A stretch of 64,000 bases of DNA from an uncultured delta proteobacterium (GCA_963769935.1 CAVYNY010000010.1:64001-128000); one strand, 5' to 3'; positions 18,340 through 27,690 are shown, numbered from the stretch's first letter. Numbers and translations are program-made. The notes: a model not told the origin generated them from the letters alone.

Positions 18340-19605
18340 CTATCTGAAGGGGCACTTCTTCCGGCTGATATGTTCCTGGATCTCACCCTTAAAATGCTTG
18401 AGCAAACTTTCCAGCGGCGCGATGGCGCCGGGGGCAAAGGCGCAGTAAGCATTCCACAGATGGTGGCACATGCGCTCGAGCATGGGGATATATTCCGGTT
18501 CACCCCGGCCGTCTTCAATCCGTCTGAGAAGTTCCAGAATGTAGGGCAGCCCTTCACGACACGGCGTGCACCAGCCGCAGGACTCCCGGGCAAAAAATTC
18601 AATTAAATTGACAGTGGCACCCACCAGACAGGTTTTATGGTCGAATACCATAATGGCACCGGTTCCAAGACGGTTGCCGATGTCGCGCAGCGGCTTAAAA
18701 TCCATCTCAATGTCGTAGTGTTCTAGCGGCAGGAAACCGGTGGAGGCCCCGCCGGGCAGGCAGGTTTTAAATTCCGAACCTGCCGGCATGCCGCCGGCAT
18801 GTTCTTCTATGATTTCGCTGAGACGGACCCCCATCGGCAGCTCATAACAGCCCGGTTTGTTCACTTTGCCGCTGACGCCGAAAATCTTGGTGCCGGCACC
18901 GCTTTCTGTTAATGCAAGATCTTTGAACCACTGTCCGCCGTTTCTGATGATATGCGGCAGACAGGCAAAGGTTTCAACATTGGAAAGCACGGTGGGCTTG
19001 CCCCAGAGTCCTTTTTCCGTCGGATACGGCGGCGGTTTCATGGGATTTGGCCGTTTGCCCATCAGCGCGTTCAACTGGGCGGTAACCTCACCGCATATGT
19101 AGCGGCCGGCACTGCGATGAACGACAAGCTCCAGGGAATATTTGCTGCCTAAAATGTTTTGGCCCAGATAGCCCTCCCGGCGGGCGATTTCAATTTCTCT
19201 TTCCAGAATTGCAGCAGCATTTTCATACTCGGGGCGGATAAAAATTATGCCCTTTTCCGCCTGCGAAGCATACCCGCCGATGATGATGCCCTCGATCAGC
19301 ATGTGCGGATCGGCGTGGATCAGCACCCGGTCCTTGAAGGTACCCGGCTCCATTTCATCGGCATTGCACACGATATAACGCGGAAATTCCGCATCATCGG
19401 CTACCGACATCAGCTTCATACCGGTTGGAAAGGCCGCCCCGCCGCGGCCGAGCAGGTTGGCATCCATGATCGTCTGCCGGACATCCTTGAGAGAATAATC
19501 CTTCAGAACGTTCGCCAGCGGCTGGTAGCCGCCGCTTCGGCGGTATTCTTCAAGGGTTGCAATCCGGTCCGGTTTGCGGTTTTGAAGTAGAACCTGTGGA
19601 TACAT
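18340..19605 (-). CDS. nuoF: NAD(P)H-quinone oxidoreductase subunit F
   Basis: GRGGAAFPTG, NADEMEPGTFKDR, YICGEVTA and ESCGWCTPCREG. Confidence 0.95.
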   Translation of the reverse strand: MYPQVLLQNRKPDRIATLEEYRRSGGYQPLANVLKDYSLKDVRQTIMDANLLGRGGAAFPTGMKLMSVADDAEFPRYIVCNADEMEPGTFKDRVLIHADPHMLIEGIIIGGYASQAEKGIIFIRPEYENAAAILEREIEIARREGYLGQNILGSKYSLELVVHRSAGRYICGEVTAQLNALMGKRPNPMKPPPYPTEKGLWGKPTVLSNVETFACLPHIIRNGGQWFKDLALTESGAGTKIFGVSGKVNKPGCYELPMGVRLSEIIEEHAGGMPAGSEFKTCLPGGASTGFLPLEHYDIEMDFKPLRDIGNRLGTGAIMVFDHKTCLVGATVNLIEFFARESCGWCTPCREGLPYILELLRRIEDGRGEPEYIPMLERMCHHLWNAYCAFAPGAIAPLESLLKHFKGEIQEHISRKKCPFR

Positions 19606-19642
19606 TTAAAATGCCTAAATTGCTCTAAAATGCCTAAAATTA
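19606..19642. repeat. 9-mer tandem repeat (TAAAATGCC)n abutting the nuoF start
   Basis: ttaaaatgcctaaattgctctaaaatgcctaaaatta directly adjacent to CAT at 19603-19605. Confidence 0.85.
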
Positions 19643-19759
19643 GGAAGAAAATCCATCTATCATTTCATCTATCGTACATATAGATGCAGATGCGATCAGC
19701 AAGTTCTAATAACGAATAACTATTAACTCCAAATTGAGCGATTTTCGCTCAATTAAGGC

Positions 19760-20233
19760 TTAAGCTTCCGCTTTTAATTTCTGCAAAATGCCGTCAATTT
19801 TTTCGGCCGTCAAATTCCCGTATGCTTTGCGGTTGATCAGCATGGCCGGCGATCGATCGCAGTAGCCGATACAGCACACGGTTAAAAGCGTAAACAATCC
19901 GTCCGGGGTTGTTTCACCGGGTTGGACACCCAGCTTCCGGCATAGGTAATCCCGCACGGATTCATACCCGTTCATCCAGCAGACCACGCTGTCACAGACA
20001 TGAATCACGTATTTTCCAACCGGCTCACGATAGATAAACGTGTAAAAGGTGGCCAGTTGCTCAATTTCAAGGGGCGACATATCCAGCAGCCGCGCGGCTT
20101 CCTGCACCCCTTCGTCGGTCAGACTGCCGTAAAAATCCTGAATCGCGAACATCACATCCACGGCCAGCTCCCGCGGATGGTCGACGTGGTCGATTTGTTT
20201 CAGCAAAGATTTTTCAAGTTCTGCAGGTATCAT
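19760..20233 (-). CDS. nuoE: NADH-quinone oxidoreductase subunit E
   Basis: ATFY, CDSVVC and CIGYC 2Fe-2S ligands. Confidence 0.95.
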   Translation of the reverse strand: MIPAELEKSLLKQIDHVDHPRELAVDVMFAIQDFYGSLTDEGVQEAARLLDMSPLEIEQLATFYTFIYREPVGKYVIHVCDSVVCWMNGYESVRDYLCRKLGVQPGETTPDGLFTLLTVCCIGYCDRSPAMLINRKAYGNLTAEKIDGILQKLKAEA

Positions 20234-20266
20234 AAAATTGTTCGCTCAGGGGTCGATCAACCGTTA

Positions 20267-20325
20267 TTCCACCTTCCGACTTCCCCATTCCGCCTTCCGC
20301 ATTCGACATTCCGACTTCCGACTTC
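20267..20325. repeat. Heptamer tandem array (TTCCGAC)x8 in the nuoBCD-nuoE spacer
   Basis: ttccacc ttccgac ttcccca ttccgcc ttccgca ttcgaca ttccgac ttccgac ttc. Confidence 0.9.
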
Positions 20326-20328
20326 AGT

Positions 20329-22719
20329 TCAACGGTCTATATCCGGCAAGATGTAATCAAAAGATCCGATAATGGCGATCAAATCGGCAATCGTCTCGCC
20401 CACCGCCATCAGGGGCATCACCTGAACATTGGCAAAGCCGGGACCCCGGATGCGGGTGCGGTAGGAATAGCCCAGACCGTCGCTGACCACATAATAGCCC
20501 TGCTCCCCGCGGGGTATTTCACATGCAGCGTAAGCCTCGCCCACGGGTATTTTAGGGCCGCGGGTCACGTTGATGAAGTGATGAATCAGGCTTTCAATGT
20601 CGGCCAGCATATCTTCGCGTCGCGGGATGACATAGCGGTAGTCGTCGGTGACATAGCGGCCGGCCGGCATGTTCTCAGACGCCTGCTTGATGATTCCAAG
20701 GCTCTGGCGCATTTCTTCTATCCGCACCAGATAGCGGGCATAGCAGTCGCCGCCGGTGGCGGTCGGCACTTCAAAATCAAAATTTTCGTAACCCGAATAG
20801 GGAAACGCTTTACGCAGATCCCACTGCAAACCGCAAGCCCGCAGATTCGGACCGGTGACCCCCCAACGCATGGCATCTTCGCGGGTCAGCCGGCCGATTC
20901 CCATGGTTCGCGCTTTAAAAATTGGATTTTTGCGGAGCAGGCTTTCATATTCGGCAAGGTACTTGGGAAATATTTTCACAAAATTATCGACCGCCGCCGA
21001 CCAGCCCTCCGGCAGATCGGCGGCCACCCCGCCCAGCCTGAACCAGGAAGGGTGCAGTCGGCCGCCGGTGATTAATTCAACAATATCCAGAACCATCTCG
21101 CGCTCGCGAAAGGTGTAGAAATTGGGAGCCATGGCGCCGACGTCGTGGGCGTAGGTGCCCAGCCACACCAGATGGTTGCTCAGCCGGAAAAGCTCGCTCA
21201 GCATTACCCGGATGACCTGCGCCCGCTCGGGCACCTTGATGCCGGCCAGAGTCTCCACTGCCATGACATACGGCAGATTGTTGGCGGCCCCGGCCAGATA
21301 ATCGACCCGATCCGTATACGGTATAAACTGGTGCCAGGTTTGCCGCTCGGCGATTTTTTCCGCTGCGCGGTGGTGATAACCGATATCCATATCCATGGAA
21401 GTAATCTCTTCACCTTCGAGCGTTACGATATAGCGGATCAGGCCATGAGTGCTGACGTGGTGCGGCCCCATGTTCAAAATGAGCCGATCGTCCCGGCCGG
21501 ACGCTTGGACATAAACACCGCCGTCCAGGGGTTGGTGCCGGCGGGCATCGGCCAGGGTGTAAGGCGGCATCTCGGTCGCCCGGCCCGGGTAGTTTTTCCG
21601 CAGGGGATGACCTTCCCAGTCATGGGGCATGAGCAGGCGCCGGAGGTTCGGATGACCTTTAAAATGCACGCCGAAAAGATCGAAAACCTCCCGCTCGTAC
21701 CAGTTGGCCGACGGCCAGATATCCGTTACGCTTGCGGTGGCCGGATCCCGCCCCGCCAACGGCACTTTTATACGGATTCGGGCGGCTGGTTCAAAGGAAA
21801 GCAAATGGTAGACAAGGGTGTAATCCGGGTAGGCTGCACGCTTGCGCCGGGCGGATTCATCAATGGCGGTAAGATCATCCAGGCGCTGAAAGCGGGGGAC
21901 GGCCTCTGAGTTGAGAAAACGCAGCACATCTTTAAACCGGTTTGGGGCCACCTGCAGCGTCAGCATATCACTGGAGTGGGCTGCCGGCGCCACTGCTTCG
22001 CCGAAGCGATTTTGCAGTGCGCGGGCAAGCTCCTGTGACTTTGAATCCGGCACGATTTGCGCCGCCGGCGGCGTCCACATCCCATCGGAGCGACTGTCCC
22101 AAAATTGGGTGGGCACCACCGAACTGCCCCGGATAGCCGTGCCTTCCATGCCCGGGCCGCGCGGATCCCTGGATTTGGTTTGACCGTCCACCAGAATTGG
22201 TTTTGTGGTGCCCTGGCTGCCCCCTTCAAGATGCAGGACGGGGCGGGCGGGTTTTTCTTGCGCCGTAATTTTATCCTGCAGCATGACCAGACCTTGCAAA
22301 ACGGCCTCCGGCCTGGGCGGACAACCCGGGATATAAACATCCACCGGCAGGATCTGATCTACCCCCTGCACCACACTGTAAACATCATACATGCCGCCGC
22401 AGTTGGAGCAGGAGCCCATGGAGATCACCCAGCGGGGTTCCGCCATTTGTTCATACAGCCTTAATACGACCGGTGCAATCTTTTTAAAAACGGTTCCGGA
22501 AATAATTAATAAATCCGCCTGCCGCGGTGATGGACGCAGAACCTCAGCTCCGAAGCGGGCCATATCGTAACGGGCGGTGAAGGCCGTGGCTTCCTCGACA
22601 AAACAGCAGGAAAGTCCGAAGAACATGGGCCACAAACTGTACTTGCGGGCCCAGTTGATAACGAGGTCGACATTGTCGAGGAGTCGTTCGTTCAGCTTTT
22701 TATGTGCGTCGGCCCCCAC
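20329..22719 (-). CDS. nuoBCD: Fused NADH-quinone oxidoreductase subunit B/C/D
   Basis: One 796-aa ORF: NuoB (LSCCFVE, PGCPPRP), NuoC ([20 protein letters not shown]) and NuoD (GPHH.STHG, DRVDY, PRGE.G, DIDR end); GTG start overlaps the nuoA end. Confidence 0.95.
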   Translation of the reverse strand: MGADAHKKLNERLLDNVDLVINWARKYSLWPMFFGLSCCFVEEATAFTARYDMARFGAEVLRPSPRQADLLIISGTVFKKIAPVVLRLYEQMAEPRWVISMGSCSNCGGMYDVYSVVQGVDQILPVDVYIPGCPPRPEAVLQGLVMLQDKITAQEKPARPVLHLEGGSQGTTKPILVDGQTKSRDPRGPGMEGTAIRGSSVVPTQFWDSRSDGMWTPPAAQIVPDSKSQELARALQNRFGEAVAPAAHSSDMLTLQVAPNRFKDVLRFLNSEAVPRFQRLDDLTAIDESARRKRAAYPDYTLVYHLLSFEPAARIRIKVPLAGRDPATASVTDIWPSANWYEREVFDLFGVHFKGHPNLRRLLMPHDWEGHPLRKNYPGRATEMPPYTLADARRHQPLDGGVYVQASGRDDRLILNMGPHHVSTHGLIRYIVTLEGEEITSMDMDIGYHHRAAEKIAERQTWHQFIPYTDRVDYLAGAANNLPYVMAVETLAGIKVPERAQVIRVMLSELFRLSNHLVWLGTYAHDVGAMAPNFYTFREREMVLDIVELITGGRLHPSWFRLGGVAADLPEGWSAAVDNFVKIFPKYLAEYESLLRKNPIFKARTMGIGRLTREDAMRWGVTGPNLRACGLQWDLRKAFPYSGYENFDFEVPTATGGDCYARYLVRIEEMRQSLGIIKQASENMPAGRYVTDDYRYVIPRREDMLADIESLIHHFINVTRGPKIPVGEAYAACEIPRGEQGYYVVSDGLGYSYRTRIRGPGFANVQVMPLMAVGETIADLIAIIGSFDYILPDIDR

Positions 22720-23102
22720 TCAAGCCCCCCTTTGTTCCATACATAAATCAGGCCAAGAATCAACACAGCAATAAAAAAAGATATGTGCAGCCAGCCGGCC
22801 CAGCCCAATTTTTCCCAGGCGATGGCCCACGCAAATATATAGGCCGCCTCCACGTCAAAAAGTAAAAAAAAGATGGCCACCAGGTAAAACGGCACCGGAT
22901 AACGCAAGCGGGCACTGCCGGTCGGAATGACGCCGCTTTCATAGGGTCTTAATTTTTCGGTATTCGGTTTTTTTTCCCCGAGCCAGGAAGCTATAAAAAG
23001 CAGCAGGCCGATGATTGCCATAACCATCAGGCCGAATATGACCAGGCTTAAAACCCCGGGCTCCCAGGGAGACAGCCCGCCTGAATTTACGAGAGATTTC
23101 AC
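22692..23102 (-). CDS. nuoA: NADH-quinone oxidoreductase subunit A
   Basis: [28 protein letters not shown] at 23102 preceded by SD GGAGGGG. Confidence 0.95.
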   Translation of the reverse strand: MKSLVNSGGLSPWEPGVLSLVIFGLMVMAIIGLLLFIASWLGEKKPNTEKLRPYESGVIPTGSARLRYPVPFYLVAIFFLLFDVEAAYIFAWAIAWEKLGWAGWLHISFFIAVLILGLIYVWNKGGLEWGPTHIKS

Positions 23103-23376
23103 GATCCCCTCCGCCAAGACCTCTTCGTTCGTCGTGAGATTAAACAGCAAAAATCAGCTTTGGCACAATGGATGACAACCCGAATCGCATCAGAGCGGAT
23201 TTTGGTCATTGCACTGCTGCTTCTGGCAGCGATTCGCGGGTTAAAAAAATACAACAGGGTGAAATTTATGCAGGAATATCTCAATTTATGCAAGCATAAA
23301 AAAATTTCTAGCTGTTTTTCTTTAAAGCCGTGCATTTTAATCGATTACCGGATTAACCCATCAATCCTTGTTTTAT

Positions 23377-23952
23377 CTACTCTCCTTTCCCGATCCAAAA
23401 TCGCCGCGGCGCCTCGCGATCTTCTGGACTCGCATAGTCAATACCGATTCTCGAACCGGATTTAATCGAAGCCGCCCTAACCGATCGGTGGAACTCAAGC
23501 CACATCAATTGGCCTATTGTGACATCCCAGCCGTTTAGTGATTTGTCGATGGCCATAGCCTGGCATAGTTTGGCCGGACCATTACTCAAGTCTTTTCCTT
23601 TTTTACCCCGCAAGGCTTCCATCTGCGCCAGACCGGTCATCGGTTTAATCGCTCTAATCAAAACGGCACAAGGGTTTCCTACCTGTTCGGTCACAATGTT
23701 GAGCATAAAATGCAGGCCGTAAACAAAATACACATAGGCAACGCCGGCCGGCCCGAACATAACTGAATTACGGGGCGTGCGACCTTTGGATGCATGGCTG
23801 GCGCTGTCGTTGGTGCCTAAATAGGCTTCGGTCTCGGTAATCATACCGCTTAAGACCGTGCCGTTGAATTCACGCACGAGCCTGGTGCCCAGCAGCTCCC
23901 GCGCGACGGTGATGGTATCGCGAAGGAAAAAGGTCTTATTTAAGGGAGCCAT
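23377..23952 (-). CDS. mpg: 3-methyladenine DNA glycosylase (AAG/MPG family)
   Basis: ETEAY.G..D.ASH, YVYFVYG.H and NGPAKLC; ATG at 23952 with SD GGAG. Confidence 0.9.
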   Translation of the reverse strand: MAPLNKTFFLRDTITVARELLGTRLVREFNGTVLSGMITETEAYLGTNDSASHASKGRTPRNSVMFGPAGVAYVYFVYGLHFMLNIVTEQVGNPCAVLIRAIKPMTGLAQMEALRGKKGKDLSNGPAKLCQAMAIDKSLNGWDVTIGQLMWLEFHRSVRAASIKSGSRIGIDYASPEDREAPRRFWIGKGE

Positions 23953-24137
23953 AACACTCCTAAACACCAAACGCAAAACTCTTTTCTCATTAACCAATCG
24001 GGCAAAATGCGCAAAGGATCTGCCCCAAGTTTTTTCCGCATCTTTATCATGAAAATACGCGTTGATCAAAAAAGTTTTATGGAATAAAATCAACAGCGGT
24101 TATTTTGAAATGCAGCCAGGTTAAATCGTGAACGGCT

Positions 24138-25043
24138 ATGCAGACCGGAAAAATTTTTGATATAAAAAAATTCGCCCTCCATGACGGGCCCGGCATCCGG
24201 ACAACCGTATTTTTCAAGGGTTGCCCGCTGTCGTGCTGGTGGTGTCATAATCCCGAGAGCATCTCGCGCGAAACCCAGCGGCTTTATCGCCGGGATCGCT
24301 GCATCGGCTGCAGAGCATGTGAGGATGCCTGCCCCGAGGGTGCGATTCAGGCTTCGGCCGCAGGACTGCTGTGGAATTCAGCCAATTGCAGATTTTGCGG
24401 AACCTGTGCCAGGATCTGTCCGTCGGAGGCGGTGGAATTGGTCGGCAAAACCATGACGGTGGCTGAAGTTGTGGCCGAAATTGCCAAAGACACGGTATTT
24501 TATGATGAATCCGGCGGGGGTGTGACGTTTTCCGGCGGTGAGCCGCTGATGCAGCCGGCCTTTCTGATTGCGCTTTTGAGGGCCTGCGGCGACCTGGACC
24601 TGCACCGGACGGTGGACACATCCGGGCATGCGGACACACAAGCCTTGCTGAAAGCAGCAGGCTTGGCGGAGCTTTTCCTCTACGACTTGAAACACATGGA
24701 TCCTGAAAAACACCGCCGGTTCACGGGGGTGTCCAATGCCAAAATTCTGGCCAATTTAAAATGCCTCAGCCGACAGGATACTGAGATCGTCATACGGTTT
24801 CCCATGGTGCCCGGTTTTAACGATGATGCGGAAAATATCGACCGGACCGGTGCATTTGTTGCTTCGCTGCCGGGAGTCAGCCGCTTGAACATACTGCCGT
24901 ACCACTGTGCCGCCGTGACCAAATATAGAAACCTCGGTTTGAAATTCAAAACAGCGGACATCGGACAACCTTCCCGGGAATATCTCGAGTCGGTTGCCGC
25001 GCGGTTGGAGAATTACCATTTAGAAGTCAAAATAGGAGGGTAG
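24138..25043 (+). CDS. Glycyl-radical enzyme activating enzyme (radical SAM with ferredoxin insert)
   Basis: HDGPGIRT.VF.KGCPLSCWWCHNPE, two CxxCxxCxxxCP motifs, GVTFSGGEP. Confidence 0.95.
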   Translation: MQTGKIFDIKKFALHDGPGIRTTVFFKGCPLSCWWCHNPESISRETQRLYRRDRCIGCRACEDACPEGAIQASAAGLLWNSANCRFCGTCARICPSEAVELVGKTMTVAEVVAEIAKDTVFYDESGGGVTFSGGEPLMQPAFLIALLRACGDLDLHRTVDTSGHADTQALLKAAGLAELFLYDLKHMDPEKHRRFTGVSNAKILANLKCLSRQDTEIVIRFPMVPGFNDDAENIDRTGAFVASLPGVSRLNILPYHCAAVTKYRNLGLKFKTADIGQPSREYLESVAARLENYHLEVKIGG

Positions 25044-25047
25044 ACAA

Positions 25048-27408
25048 TTGACCCCCAGAGTCGCAGAACTGCGCCGCGAAAGCTTTGAAGCCCAACCTCG
25101 CATATCGGTGGAACGGGCGCTGCTCGTCACCCGATTTTACCGGGAAAATTTCGGCAAATATTCCATCCCGGTTTTAAGGGCTTTAAATTTTAAGAACCTA
25201 TGTCGGAACAAGACCATCTATATCGGCCCCAACGAGCTGATTGTGGGCGAACGCGGGCCGCATCCCAAAGCGGTATCCACCTTCCCGGAGCTGACCTGCC
25301 ACTCGGCCGAAGACCTTAAAATATTGAATTCGAGGGAAATGACCCGCTACCTGATCAGCGATACAGACATCGCGACTTACGAAAAGGAGATCATCGCTTA
25401 CTGGCAGGGCCGCAGCATGCGGGATCGGGTTTTCGACCAGGTTCCGGCGCAGTGGCAGACGGCTTATGCCGCGGGCCTGTTTACCGAGTTTATGGAACAG
25501 CGCGCACCCGGCCATACCGCTCTGGATGACATTATTTACCATAAGGGCATGCTGGATTTCAAAGAGCAGATTGCCCGGTGTCTGAACGGGCTTGACTTTA
25601 TGAACGATCCTGCGGCGGCGGACAAGGCCGAAGAACTGAAGGCCATGGACATTGCATGTGATGCAGCGATTAGTTTCGCCGAACGTCATGCCGATCTGGC
25701 TCAAAAAATGGCGTCCACCGAAGCAGATCCCCAGCGCAAGGCCGAACTTGAGCGGATCGCGGCAACCTGCCGCCGAGTGCCGGCCCGTGCACCGCGGAAT
25801 TTTTGGGAGGCGCTTCAGATGTACTGGTTTGTCCATCTGGGAACCATCACCGAATTAAACGGTTGGGACGCCATGAGTCCGGGGCATCTGGACCAGCATC
25901 TTTACCCCTTCTATCAAAAAGATCTGGCAGACGGTGCCCTGGATAGAGAATCCGCCAAAGAACTCCTCGCGTGCTTCTGGATCAAGGTCAACAATCAACC
26001 GGCCCCGCCCAAGGTCGGCGTAACCGCCCAGGAAAGCGGAACCTACAATGATTTTACCAATATCAACATCGGCGGGTTGACACGGGACGGCGCCGACGCC
26101 GTCAATGAGGTCTCGTATATCATGCTGGAAGTCATCGACGAACTGCATCTGCTCCAGCCCCAGGCCAATGTTCAGATCAGCCATAAAACCCCCGACCGCT
26201 TTCTGAAAAAAGCCTGCCGCGTGATCCGCAAGGGATACGGCTATCCATCGGTGTTTAACACCGATGAAGTCATCATGGAGCAGATGCGCACCGGCAAAAC
26301 CATCGAAGACGCCCGCCAGGGCGGGTGCAGCGGCTGCATTGAAACCGGCAGCTTCGGCAAGGAAGCCTACATCTTAACCGGCTATCTCAATGTGCCCAAA
26401 ATTCTTGAACTGGCACTCAATGACGGCATCGACCCGCTGACCGGCAAGCAAATCGGACCGCCGACCGGCAATTCCCTCAAGTTCAAAAGCTTTGATGAAT
26501 TATACACGGCATTTGAGCGACAGCTGCAATACATTGCCGATCTGAAGATCCGGGTGAACAATCATATCGAGCGCATGTATGCTGCCTATGCTCCCGCCCC
26601 TTTTCTTTCGGTGGTGATAAGAGACTGTATTGCCAAGGGACGGGATTATTATGACGCCGGGCCGCGCTATAATACCAGCTACATCCAGTGCTGCGGCATC
26701 GGTACGATCAGCGACAGCCTGTCCGCCATCAAAAAGCATGTATTTGATGAAATTGGAATCAGCATGGAGCAATTGCTGGCGGCCCTCCGCAATAATTTTA
26801 AGGACCAGGAGGCCCTGCGTTTGCGTCTTGTCAACAAAACGCCCTTCTACGGCAACGATGACGACTATGCCGATTCGATCATGCAACGGGTTTATGCTTC
26901 CCTGTTTAAAGCCATTGACGGCAAACCGAATACCAAGGGTTCCGCGTATCACCTGAACATGCTTTCCACGACCTGCCATATTTATTTCGGAAAAAAACTG
27001 GGCGCCTCGGCCAACGGCCGTCTGGCTGCCATGCCCATATCCGACGGTACCTCCCCTTCCCATGGGGCTGACCGAAAAGGACCGACGGCGGTCATAAAGT
27101 CCCTGGGCAAAATGGATCAAATCAAATCCGGCGGTACGCTGCTCAATCAGAGATTCTTACCCGGTGTGCTCGCGGGTGATGAAGGAATCGATAATCTCAC
27201 CCACCTCATCCGGTCGTATTTCAAACTCAACGGCCACCACATCCAGTTTAATATCGTTGACTCCCGGACGCTGCGCCACGCCCAGGCGGCACCTGATGAA
27301 TACCGTGATCTACTGGTTCGCGTCGCCGGTTACAGTGATTATTTCGTAGATCTGGACCAGGACCATCAGGAAGAAATCATCGCCAGAACCGAACACGAAT
27401 CGTTTTGA
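25048..27408 (+). CDS. hypD: Glycyl radical enzyme, trans-4-hydroxy-L-proline dehydratase
   Basis: HypD-type blocks FTEFMEQRAPGH, ELNGWD, PAPPKVG...ESGTYNDF, SGCIETG..GKEAY.LTGY and NML.TTCH.YFG; glycyl motif RVAGYS. Confidence 0.88.
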   Translation: MTPRVAELRRESFEAQPRISVERALLVTRFYRENFGKYSIPVLRALNFKNLCRNKTIYIGPNELIVGERGPHPKAVSTFPELTCHSAEDLKILNSREMTRYLISDTDIATYEKEIIAYWQGRSMRDRVFDQVPAQWQTAYAAGLFTEFMEQRAPGHTALDDIIYHKGMLDFKEQIARCLNGLDFMNDPAAADKAEELKAMDIACDAAISFAERHADLAQKMASTEADPQRKAELERIAATCRRVPARAPRNFWEALQMYWFVHLGTITELNGWDAMSPGHLDQHLYPFYQKDLADGALDRESAKELLACFWIKVNNQPAPPKVGVTAQESGTYNDFTNINIGGLTRDGADAVNEVSYIMLEVIDELHLLQPQANVQISHKTPDRFLKKACRVIRKGYGYPSVFNTDEVIMEQMRTGKTIEDARQGGCSGCIETGSFGKEAYILTGYLNVPKILELALNDGIDPLTGKQIGPPTGNSLKFKSFDELYTAFERQLQYIADLKIRVNNHIERMYAAYAPAPFLSVVIRDCIAKGRDYYDAGPRYNTSYIQCCGIGTISDSLSAIKKHVFDEIGISMEQLLAALRNNFKDQEALRLRLVNKTPFYGNDDDYADSIMQRVYASLFKAIDGKPNTKGSAYHLNMLSTTCHIYFGKKLGASANGRLAAMPISDGTSPSHGADRKGPTAVIKSLGKMDQIKSGGTLLNQRFLPGVLAGDEGIDNLTHLIRSYFKLNGHHIQFNIVDSRTLRHAQAAPDEYRDLLVRVAGYSDYFVDLDQDHQEEIIARTEHESF

Positions 27409-27690
27409 TGCTAAAGTTTCCCACCTAAATGGCGATAACAATTTTATCCGTCCGGCGGATTCGCCGGACGGCTATCCCAATGCTCTGGGGGTGGTTCATG
27501 GTGAGCCACCCCCATCAATGGCGCCTTATGAAGCAGTAAAGAATCCCGGCCTGCAAAACCCGGCCTTGGTGCTGGGACAAAAACCCTTTCCCTCCGACTG
27601 AAAAAATCTATTGCTTTCCAAAAATCAGAATATCCTCAAATGTATCGAGACTTAAAATCATCGATATGGATAATTTAAATCGATCGCATA

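Noticed and set aside
20267..20325. Tandem repeats as a CRISPR array
   Set aside because: Units are 7-9 nt with no unique spacers, and there are no cas genes in the window.
17392..21909. Long antisense ORFs (for example 17392-18153, 21145-21909; also 25198-25836, 51021-51734 and 54734-55369)
   Set aside because: They are shadow frames opposite well-supported genes and contain no recognisable motifs.
22692..22719. Programmed frameshift fusing NuoA to NuoBCD at the A-run
   Set aside because: There is no X XXY YYZ slippery site in the nuoA frame; a GTG start with a purine-rich upstream sequence explains the 28-nt overlap.
23258..23275. Rex operator upstream of nuoA
   Set aside because: Only one half-site (GTGAA) matches the TTGTGAA-N4-TTCACAA palindrome.
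27520..27565. Hammerhead ribozyme (CTTATGA...GCAG/CTGC...AAAAC)
   Set aside because: The essential core residues of CUGAUGA and GAAA are substituted, and stems I and III are not evident.
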